A DNA stretch of 27,263 bases from a virus (taxonomy: Duplodnaviria; Caudoviricetes). The translations under genes and the position numbers were made by a program. Shown here in pieces: positions 9,487-15,761 of the stretch. The stretch is from positions 1-27,263 of IMG/VR virus record IMGVR_UViG_3300048576_000466; one strand, given 5' to 3'. Positions within the stretch are counted from its first letter, which is position 1. Every line of letters starts with the position of its first letter. The notes beneath the pieces are model-generated. The model ran no database searches and was not told the DNA's origin. It saw only the letters and a program-made list of their open reading frames with translations.

Positions 9487-9759
9487 TCATTGCTCCCCTC
9501 TTGCGAGGGGAGCGGTTTCGTCTTGAATTTCTGCGTCGGCCCAAGTCGGCTCAATTCCGTCTTGGTCCGGACCGAGATATGTACCGTCTGACCGAAAATA
9601 ATCGCTCACATTGTAGCCTGGTATTTCGTTCTTCCCATTACTCCACCCTGACGGCTCAACGAGGATTGAGCTTCCGTGATGAAGTGTCACTCCATCACGC
9701 TCAGCAATGCGGAGTGCGTGCGGACCAGTAATGCGGTAGTACATTTTTTTTTCTTTCAT
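9487..9759 (-). CDS. Small acidic hypothetical protein (candidate anti-defence)
   Basis: 90 aa. Follows a hairpin containing GGGGAG. A second in-frame ATG follows an A-run. Confidence 0.7.
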   Translation of the reverse strand: MKEKKMYYRITGPHALRIAERDGVTLHHGSSILVEPSGWSNGKNEIPGYNVSDYFRSDGTYLGPDQDGIEPTWADAEIQDETAPLARGEQ

Positions 9760-9794
9760 TTGCTCCCCTCGCGAGAGGGGGAGATGGGTAAAAT

Positions 9795-10238
9795 CTAGTC
9801 CCAGTCAATCATGGTGTTTGGGGAAACGCCGATTTTTTTGCAATCGCCCGAAGATAAAATGTCTCCGGCCAAAAAACTGTCGTATTGCTTTCTCCCCTTT
9901 AGTTTTCTTTTGTCCACTTGGACCGGTCCAAGTGGACAACTGGTGGCATGGTCCTGGATGCGGATGCTCACTTTGTTATCCGACTCCCAGAGGCGATTGT
10001 GGGCGTCAACCTCCTCTTGCGTACGGTACACCAGAGGGAAACCTACCGTGCTGTCCGAGCAGTGCCGGCATCCCAGCCAGAGGGCTTTTTGCTCCCCCGC
10101 CGATCCGGGAATCGCCCGTGATCGCAACCCGTCCCCTCCGCAGTCACAACGCGACTGCTGGGTTTCCCACGCGTCGATTGCGGCATCTCCGGTGAGCATT
10201 TCTCCATCCGGCGAAATAAATGTTGTGATTTTTTTCAT
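9795..10238 (-). CDS. Hypothetical protein with Cys pairs (candidate anti-defence)
   Basis: 147 aa, CDC and CRHC motifs, flanked by the hairpin repeats, with an A-rich leader. Confidence 0.7.
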   Translation of the reverse strand: MKKITTFISPDGEMLTGDAAIDAWETQQSRCDCGGDGLRSRAIPGSAGEQKALWLGCRHCSDSTVGFPLVYRTQEEVDAHNRLWESDNKVSIRIQDHATSCPLGPVQVDKRKLKGRKQYDSFLAGDILSSGDCKKIGVSPNTMIDWD

Positions 10239-10286
10239 AGTGTTTTTTTATTTGCTCCCCTCTTGCGAGGGGAGCGGGTGAAAAAG

Positions 10287-10508
10287 CTAGTCTACAACGA
10301 GTGTCCATGAATCAGACAGCGTCGAGGTGTAGATGCGCGCGTCTGAGTAGTGTCCTTGCCCTTGCGCCTTGCATCCCCGCTGGTCGGCGGCCAGACTACG
10401 CTGGGCCGCGGACAATGTCCGATGCTCGCTGACTAGTCCTCGGACATTGCCGAAGACGATATATTTTGCGTTGCTTGTCACTTGGAGATTTTCAATCATG
10501 GCTTTCAT
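10287..10508 (-). CDS. Small hypothetical protein, first gene of the divergent operon
   Basis: 73 aa, just downstream of the predicted promoter, with an A-rich leader. Confidence 0.72.
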   Translation of the reverse strand: MKAMIENLQVTSNAKYIVFGNVRGLVSEHRTLSAAQRSLAADQRGCKAQGQGHYSDARIYTSTLSDSWTLVVD

Positions 10509-10553
10509 TTTTTTCTTTATTTCAGGGGGGCGTCATTGCTCCCTCGTTATGAA

Positions 10554-10584
10554 TGCACTATACGCACAATCGCGTATAGTGCAA
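10554..10584 (-). promoter_or_regulatory. Sigma70-like promoter overlapped by a perfect 12-bp inverted-repeat operator
   Basis: Minus-strand TTGCAC (10584-10579), N16, TATAGT (10562-10557). Inverted repeat TGCACTATACGC-N6-GCGTATAGTGCA (10554-10583). An A/T-rich tract lies upstream. Confidence 0.8.
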
Positions 10585-10758
10585 GCGAAAAATGAAAAAA
10601 AGTGAAAATATTTTTTGGGGCTTTGAAAATCAACGGGTTGCACACTCCGTCAGCATCATATTCTAGGGGCGCAACAATAGCATACTTGAGCATCACCTTG
10701 CTTTTCCATGCGATTCTCCTTCTGCTGCATTGCCGGTATATACTTTGAACAGGTATTT

Positions 10759-10799
10759 GCAACGTAAGCAACATTGTCAACGTAAACGCTGTTACGTTG
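10759..10799 (+). promoter_or_regulatory. Phased 9-bp direct repeats upstream of the late operon
   Basis: GCAACGTAA GCAACATTG TCAACGTAA (10759-10785) plus inverted TTACGTTG (10792-10799). Confidence 0.6.
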
Positions 10800-10828
10800 T
10801 GGTGCAATGGGTGCAGAATGCACCCGCA

Positions 10829-11131
10829 ATGAACGAAGGCAACGATGCAAAGCAAACGCTTCCCGCTTCAGCGGGAAATGAACAGTCAAATACTTTGGAG
10901 CCCGGCGGCTCAACTCCCGCGTTGAACGTTGCCTCGTTGTCGCGGGAAGGCTCCGGGCTTCTCTCCGTTCTTGACGGACGCAAGACGTACAGCCTGGCTG
11001 TTGTGGCTGGGGTGTTGCTCTTCGGGTCGTGGCAACATTGGTGGGTGATCCCGGCCGATGTCTACCGCGCTCTGGAGTTGCTCATGCTTGTGTGCATCCG
11101 GCACGGTGTCAACAGAATCAAAACCCCATGA
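10829..11131 (+). CDS. Holin-like membrane protein
   Basis: 'LDGRKTYSLAVVAGVLLFG...LELLMLVCIRHGV' has two hydrophobic segments and a basic C-terminus. First gene of the late operon. The start is uncertain. Confidence 0.55.
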   Translation: MNEGNDAKQTLPASAGNEQSNTLEPGGSTPALNVASLSREGSGLLSVLDGRKTYSLAVVAGVLLFGSWQHWWVIPADVYRALELLMLVCIRHGVNRIKTP

Positions 11132-11436
11132 AAAAACTCATTAAACAGAAATTCATCCTCGCACTGGCCGCGGCGGCCCTGATTTCAACCGCCTGCAATA
11201 CCACGCAATTTTCGAAGCGCGAAACATCTGACAACAAGACCAATGTCGTGAGCATCGTCAATTCCCGCTGGTTCTGGAATAACGAAGGCTACACGGTCCA
11301 GTTGTCAAATGATACAGCCAGTATCACGGCGGCAAAATCCGGCACGGATAACGCCACCATCCAGGCAATCGTTGCGGGCGCGGTTCAAGGCGCGGTTCAA
11401 GGCGCGGTTCCGGGCGCGGCATCCGTCGCAAAATGA
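11128..11436 (+). CDS. Lipoprotein (possible spanin or lysis accessory)
   Basis: MKKLIKQKFILALAAAALISTA-C has a lipobox-like signal. ATGA coupling. Confidence 0.7.
   Translation: MKKLIKQKFILALAAAALISTACNTTQFSKRETSDNKTNVVSIVNSRWFWNNEGYTVQLSNDTASITAAKSGTDNATIQAIVAGAVQGAVQGAVPGAASVAK
11377..11419 (+). repeat. 12-bp in-frame tandem repeat (GAVQ)
   Basis: GGCGCGGTTCAA twice, then GGCGCGGTTCCG and GGCGCGG. Confidence 0.85.
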
Positions 11437-12194
11437 TTATTGACACTATGTTTCCGCAAATCGTTAGAATCGGCAATCCCACTTTTCCGACACGCCCGGG
11501 GCCGGGTTGGATTGGATTCACGCGGATGCCTGGTATAGTCTCGAATGCCATCGCCTACGGCGAGCGGCGCGTCCAGGAACATCCTTACCACGATTTGCCG
11601 ATCGTTACACATGTCCTCGTGGTGGAGTCGAAAACCACGTGCATTGAGGCTTTGGGTGAGTCCGGTGTGACTCGATCGGACTTGTCAAAGTATACAGCCA
11701 ATTCCCGGGCGCGCATTTTCTTTCGCCGTCCGAAATGGCTCAATGACAATTATGCCGCGGCAATTGTTCAGGCCGCGCAATCCAAGTTGGGATGTCCCTA
11801 CGATCGCGGCTTGATCGTCTCAGAGTTGATGGCGGATACGTTCCTTGGCCGATGGGCTAACAAGGTCTTCCACCAGTGGCCGCATCAAATCATTGCCAAG
11901 CTCCTAGGCGAGCGAAGCGAATTCATTTGCTCCGAACTCGCAGCTTACGCTCTGGTTGTCGGCTCTGTTACAGGATTGCCGGAAAGCATCCTGGATCAAC
12001 CGTTGGACACCATTGATCCTCAGGACTTGTTCTCGGATGAGACTATTTTTGATCCTTTTATTATCGACGCTTCGTATACCCAAAACGCACCCGGCGGCGC
12101 TGCACCTGGTTGTGCAACCACAGCGACCGCGACACCGGATCCCGCGCAGGCCCCGGTGAGTGGTAGTGACAGCGCAACAGGGAGCCGTGAATGA
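11433..12194 (+). CDS. Permuted papain-like NlpC/P60 (YiiX/YebB-like) amidase, candidate endolysin
   Basis: His (VTHVLVV) precedes 'LGCPYD' and the catalytic-type 'FICSELAAYA'. Located in the lysis cassette. Confidence 0.75.
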   Translation: MIIDTMFPQIVRIGNPTFPTRPGPGWIGFTRMPGIVSNAIAYGERRVQEHPYHDLPIVTHVLVVESKTTCIEALGESGVTRSDLSKYTANSRARIFFRRPKWLNDNYAAAIVQAAQSKLGCPYDRGLIVSELMADTFLGRWANKVFHQWPHQIIAKLLGERSEFICSELAAYALVVGSVTGLPESILDQPLDTIDPQDLFSDETIFDPFIIDASYTQNAPGGAAPGCATTATATPDPAQAPVSGSDSATGSRE

Positions 12195-12201
12195 AGCCTG
12201 C

Positions 12202-12234
12202 CGGGCGCGGGGTTCTTGGGGTTCCCCGCGCCCG
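12202..12234. terminator. GC-rich stem-loop after the lysis cassette
   Basis: CGGGCGCGGGG...CCCCGCGCCCG forms an 11-bp stem, with only a weak U-tract. Confidence 0.5.
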
Positions 12235-12252
12235 TAATATTTGACACATATT

Positions 12253-12612
12253 ATGGAAGCATCAAACATCACAGCAACACAATTGGGCATTTTTATGGGA
12301 TGCCTGGCCGCGCTCTTCATCATCGCAAATCAGGGGTGGGAACTCATCGGGCGATTCCGCCAGAAACCGGATGCGCGGGACGTGCAGCAAGAGGCGATGA
12401 AATCTTTTGCGACCAAGGAGGAATTGGATCGCATCGAGGGGATGTTCGAGAAAAAATTTGACGATGCCAACGGCGTCCGTCGCCGGATGCATGAACAGAT
12501 TGACGATCTGTCAAAGCAAATGTCCGGGATGCAATCGTCCATGATTTCCCTGGCAAAGCAGATTGAGGTCCTGGACGCAAAGCTGACAAGTTTACTTTTG
12601 AAGCAAAAATGA
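12253..12612 (+). CDS. Membrane-anchored coiled-coil protein (Mu gp25/DUF2730-like position)
   Basis: N-terminal TM (LGIFMGCLAALFIIA) followed by a coiled coil. Precedes the gp26/27-like genes. Confidence 0.65.
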   Translation: MEASNITATQLGIFMGCLAALFIIANQGWELIGRFRQKPDARDVQQEAMKSFATKEELDRIEGMFEKKFDDANGVRRRMHEQIDDLSKQMSGMQSSMISLAKQIEVLDAKLTSLLLKQK

Positions 12613-12854
12613 ATCCGACAAAACTCTTTATTTTGCGCGCCCTCAAGGCCGCCAATGGCACGCCGATTCCCGAGTCTGTTCTCACGCGGGCCGCACGCGA
12701 TGCCGTCTTCCCTCAGCCTCTCAAGAGCCAGGTGGACGATGCCCGCGAGGAATTGTCCAATGACAATTACATCCTCGGGATCAAGGACGATGTCGCCGGT
12801 GAAACGGTCTGGTCATTGACAGGCAAGGGACGCAATCGCGCCCAGGAACTCTGA
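12609..12854 (+). CDS. Mu gp26-like small winged-helix protein
   Basis: 'FILRALKAANG...WSLTGKGR' and synteny before the terminase genes. Confidence 0.6.
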   Translation: MNPTKLFILRALKAANGTPIPESVLTRAARDAVFPQPLKSQVDDAREELSNDNYILGIKDDVAGETVWSLTGKGRNRAQEL

Positions 12855-12855
12855 C

Positions 12856-13401
12856 ATGAAGGACCGCCCATCAAAGCTGGATGCATTCGCCGAGCAACTT
12901 GAACAATGGTTCGAGCTGGAGCACATGACGCTTGCGGAAGCGGGGGCGCGGCTTCATGACGCGGGTTGCGATGTCTCGCTTTCGCGTCTGTCAAAGTGGT
13001 GGATGCGTCGCCAGGGCGAATTAATCCAGGATCGAATCCTGGAGCGGATTGCCACCGGCGCTCAGCAATGCCAGGAGGTAGAGAAGCAACTGGCTGAGAC
13101 TCCGGCCCCGGAGTTGGACACGCTGATCAAGTTGCATCGCGTGTTGATCTTTCGTCTCTCGACGGAAGCGAATGCCAATCCTGAGCTCCTGGAGCTCGTA
13201 GATCGGCTTATGAAGCCCGTCCTGGGATATTACAAGCTTGAGGACAAACGACGCGAAACCAGCCTTGCAGAGCGCAAATATCGCGATGCTGTGGCGGAGA
13301 AGAAGGCAGTCATTGAGCGTGAATTGGAGCGTGCGAAGACAACCGGCGGTATCAGTGCGGAAACCTTAACCAAGATCGAGGCGGAACTGAAATTGTTGTG
13401 A
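12856..13401 (+). CDS. Mu gp27/DUF3486-like protein (putative terminase small subunit)
   Basis: 'RPSKLDAF...VSLSRLSKW' N-terminus and 'GISAETLTKIEAEL' C-terminus. Overlaps the terL start. Confidence 0.75.
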   Translation: MKDRPSKLDAFAEQLEQWFELEHMTLAEAGARLHDAGCDVSLSRLSKWWMRRQGELIQDRILERIATGAQQCQEVEKQLAETPAPELDTLIKLHRVLIFRLSTEANANPELLELVDRLMKPVLGYYKLEDKRRETSLAERKYRDAVAEKKAVIERELERAKTTGGISAETLTKIEAELKLL

Positions 13402-14720
13402 AGCTCGGCGACGAAACATATTTTCTCCCCTATCAGCGGGAATGGATTCTTGACACGTCCAAAATGAGGATCGTCGAGAAGTCCCGCCAGATTGGGTTGA
13501 GTTACGCCGATTCTTACGACTCTGTGCGCAAGGCTGCAATCACCGGCGGCAAGGATGTCTGGGTCATGTCCCGCGATGAGGTTCAGGCAAAGCAGTATAT
13601 ACTATACTGCAAGCGCTGGGCCATGATTATGAAGTATGCGGCCGAGGATTTGGGCGAGCAGGTCCTGAGCATCGATGGCGGCAAGTCCATCTCAGTGCAA
13701 GTGCTCAAGTTCGCGTCCGGCGCCTGTATTTATGCCCTGACCTCGAACCCGGACGCAATCGTCGGCAAGACGGGTCATGTCAAGCTGGATGAGTTCGCCA
13801 TCCACAAGGATCAGCGGGATCTGTATAAGTATGCGAAACCGGTCATTCAGTGGGGTGGCACTCTGTCAATCATTTCGACGCATCGCGGGATTGGGACGGT
13901 CTTCAACCAGATCATCCAGGACATCAAGCATCGTGGCAATCCGATGGGCTGGTCATTGCATACCATCCCCGTCCAAAAAGCCGTTGAGGACGGCATTGTG
14001 GAGCGAATCAATGCCGTTACCGGAGGACACGAGTCCCGTGAAGCCTGGTTGGCGCGTCAACGCGCCGAATGTTTGGACGAGGAGCAATGGCTCCAGGAGT
14101 ATTGCTGCCAGCCCGCCGACGAGGCCAGCGCATTCATCACTTATGACCTGCTTCAGGCGTGCGCGGCGGATGCGCCGCTTTTGACTCTGGATGACCTTGC
14201 GAAGTGTGAGGGGTCTTTGTATGCGGGCGTGGATATTGGACGCCGTACAGACCTGTTTGTGCTCGATGTCGGCGAACTCCTGGGGGATGTCATGCATGAC
14301 CGGTATCGGTTGGAACTCAAGGGAAAGACTTTTGCCGAAATGAATTTCGAGCTCGAAAGAGTGTTGCGTCTGCCCCGCTTGCGCCGGATGTGCATGGATG
14401 CAACCGGACTGGGGATGCAACTGGCCGAGGAGGCGCGCACGAAGTTTGGCGCAAAAGTTGAACCGGTCACCTTCACCGCGTCTGTCAAGGAGAGCCTGGC
14501 TTATCCGCTCAAGCAGGCATTCGAGGATCGCAAGTTGCGCATCACTCGGGATGACAAGCTTTGGGCGGACATTCACGGCATCCGCAAGGAGACAACCAGT
14601 GCTGGCAATATTCGTTTTGCCGGGGACGCTGAGGATAGTCACTGCGACCGGTTCTGGTCCCTGGCATTGCGACAACATGCCGCCACCCGCAAATCTCAAT
14701 TTGGTTCGTACCTTATTTGA
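13398..14720 (+). CDS. terL: Terminase large subunit (Mu gp28-like)
   Basis: FLPYQREW, EKSRQIGLS, LDEFA, IISTH, AGVDIGR, MDATGLG and HCDRFWSLAL motifs. Confidence 0.95.
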   Translation: MKLGDETYFLPYQREWILDTSKMRIVEKSRQIGLSYADSYDSVRKAAITGGKDVWVMSRDEVQAKQYILYCKRWAMIMKYAAEDLGEQVLSIDGGKSISVQVLKFASGACIYALTSNPDAIVGKTGHVKLDEFAIHKDQRDLYKYAKPVIQWGGTLSIISTHRGIGTVFNQIIQDIKHRGNPMGWSLHTIPVQKAVEDGIVERINAVTGGHESREAWLARQRAECLDEEQWLQEYCCQPADEASAFITYDLLQACAADAPLLTLDDLAKCEGSLYAGVDIGRRTDLFVLDVGELLGDVMHDRYRLELKGKTFAEMNFELERVLRLPRLRRMCMDATGLGMQLAEEARTKFGAKVEPVTFTASVKESLAYPLKQAFEDRKLRITRDDKLWADIHGIRKETTSAGNIRFAGDAEDSHCDRFWSLALRQHAATRKSQFGSYLI

Positions 14721-14726
14721 CAGATA

Positions 14727-15593
14727 TTGTTGACAGTGAAAACAAATGCGAAAAAAACACTTGGTTCCTTGTTCGCCGGCATCGGCGGGTTCGATCTTGG
14801 GTTCGAGCGCGCCGGATGGGAAACAAAATGGCAGGTCGAACTCAACCCCGTCAATCGGGCTGTCCTTGCCGATCGATTTCCGACCTCGAAACGGTTCGAG
14901 GACGTCCGCCAATGCGGCGCGAAAAATCTCGAACACGTCGATTGCATCACCGCCGGATTCCCGTGCCAGGACATCAGCACCGCCGGGCGCTGCAAACTTG
15001 ACAAGGATTCCCACGGCCTTAACGGAGCGCGGTCCGGTCTCTTTTTCGAGGCCCTGCGCATCGCCCGGGAAGTACAACCCACTTGGCTGGTGCTTGAGAA
15101 TGTCGCGGCCCTGCTCGCTAGCAATGATTGCGAGGACATTGAGCGAGTCGTCACTGGCCTTGCCGAGTGCGGGTATCTGGGATTCTTCCGGGTGCTTAAT
15201 GCTCAACATTTCGGAGTCCCCCAGGCACGCCGTCGAATTTTCCTGGTTGCGGGTCTTGGACGTTACCCCGCATTTGACTACCTGGCTGATGCTGCGGCAA
15301 TGGAGTCAATACCTTGCTCGCTTGAGCCGTTCGAAGTCGCACGCGACCCGAATTCCTTCGTTGACCATACTCTATGTGCGACAAATGCCGCGTGTCAAAT
15401 TGGTCTGGGGCACGAAGTTCTCGTCGCTCACGCGGACGGATGGAGTCAGATGGTTGAGCGGGAACGAGAGATTAGCCTACATGGGATTCCCTCGGGACTG
15501 GATGAGCTCAACCTTGCGGAGGCTTACGCGGCAGGGAATGCCGTTGTCCCGGCGGTAGCCCAGTGGATCGCCGAAAAACTCGCGAAATCATGA
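14727..15593 (+). CDS. DNA (cytosine-5) methyltransferase
   Basis: Motifs I FAGIGG, IV GFPCQD, VI ENV, VIII QARRRIF and X GNAV. The start codon is uncertain. Confidence 0.93.
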   Translation: MLTVKTNAKKTLGSLFAGIGGFDLGFERAGWETKWQVELNPVNRAVLADRFPTSKRFEDVRQCGAKNLEHVDCITAGFPCQDISTAGRCKLDKDSHGLNGARSGLFFEALRIAREVQPTWLVLENVAALLASNDCEDIERVVTGLAECGYLGFFRVLNAQHFGVPQARRRIFLVAGLGRYPAFDYLADAAAMESIPCSLEPFEVARDPNSFVDHTLCATNAACQIGLGHEVLVAHADGWSQMVEREREISLHGIPSGLDELNLAEAYAAGNAVVPAVAQWIAEKLAKS

Positions 15594-15688
15594 CAAAACA
15601 TTTCAAAATTCAAATTTCGTTTCTGGCGCGCCAACGTGGCTTTTGGGGTGATCATAGGGTTTCGCAATCAAAATTCGTCCCGCGCGAG

Positions 15689-15710
15689 TTTAAACGGGTT
15701 TTAAACGGGT
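15689..15710 (+). repeat. Tandem 11-bp repeat upstream of the head genes
   Basis: TTTAAACGGGT twice in an AT-rich intergenic stretch. Confidence 0.75.
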
Positions 15711-15761
15711 TTGTGTGTTTTGTCTGGAACGGCTCTAAAACAAAAATTGGAGGGATCGCAA

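Larger units (their letters stand above)
9490..10546 (-). repeat. Repeated gene-boundary hairpins
   Basis: Minus-strand CCGCTCCCCTC-GCAA-GAGGGGAGCAA is identical at 9490-9515 and 10252-10277. A variant lies at 9760-9783 and a partial copy at about 10536-10546. Confidence 0.88.

Noticed and set aside
9490-10546. CRISPR array formed by the repeated hairpins
   Set aside because: The intervening segments are about 245-470 bp, unequal in length and protein-coding. No cas genes are present.
10860-10962. tRNA or structured ncRNA (GGAGCCCGG...CCGGGCTT pairing)
   Set aside because: No cloverleaf, TTC T-loop or CCA end was found, and it overlaps the holin-like ORF. A covariance search would be needed.
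13953-15209. Long minus-strand ORFs (418 aa here; also 4008-4703, 18108-18890, 22171-23136)
   Set aside because: They are antisense shadows of well-supported + strand genes in GC-rich DNA and show no recognisable motifs.
14746-15558. 270-aa alternative-frame ORF with an ATG start over the methyltransferase
   Set aside because: It is Ser/Pro/Arg-rich with no motifs. All C5-MTase motifs lie in the 14727 frame.
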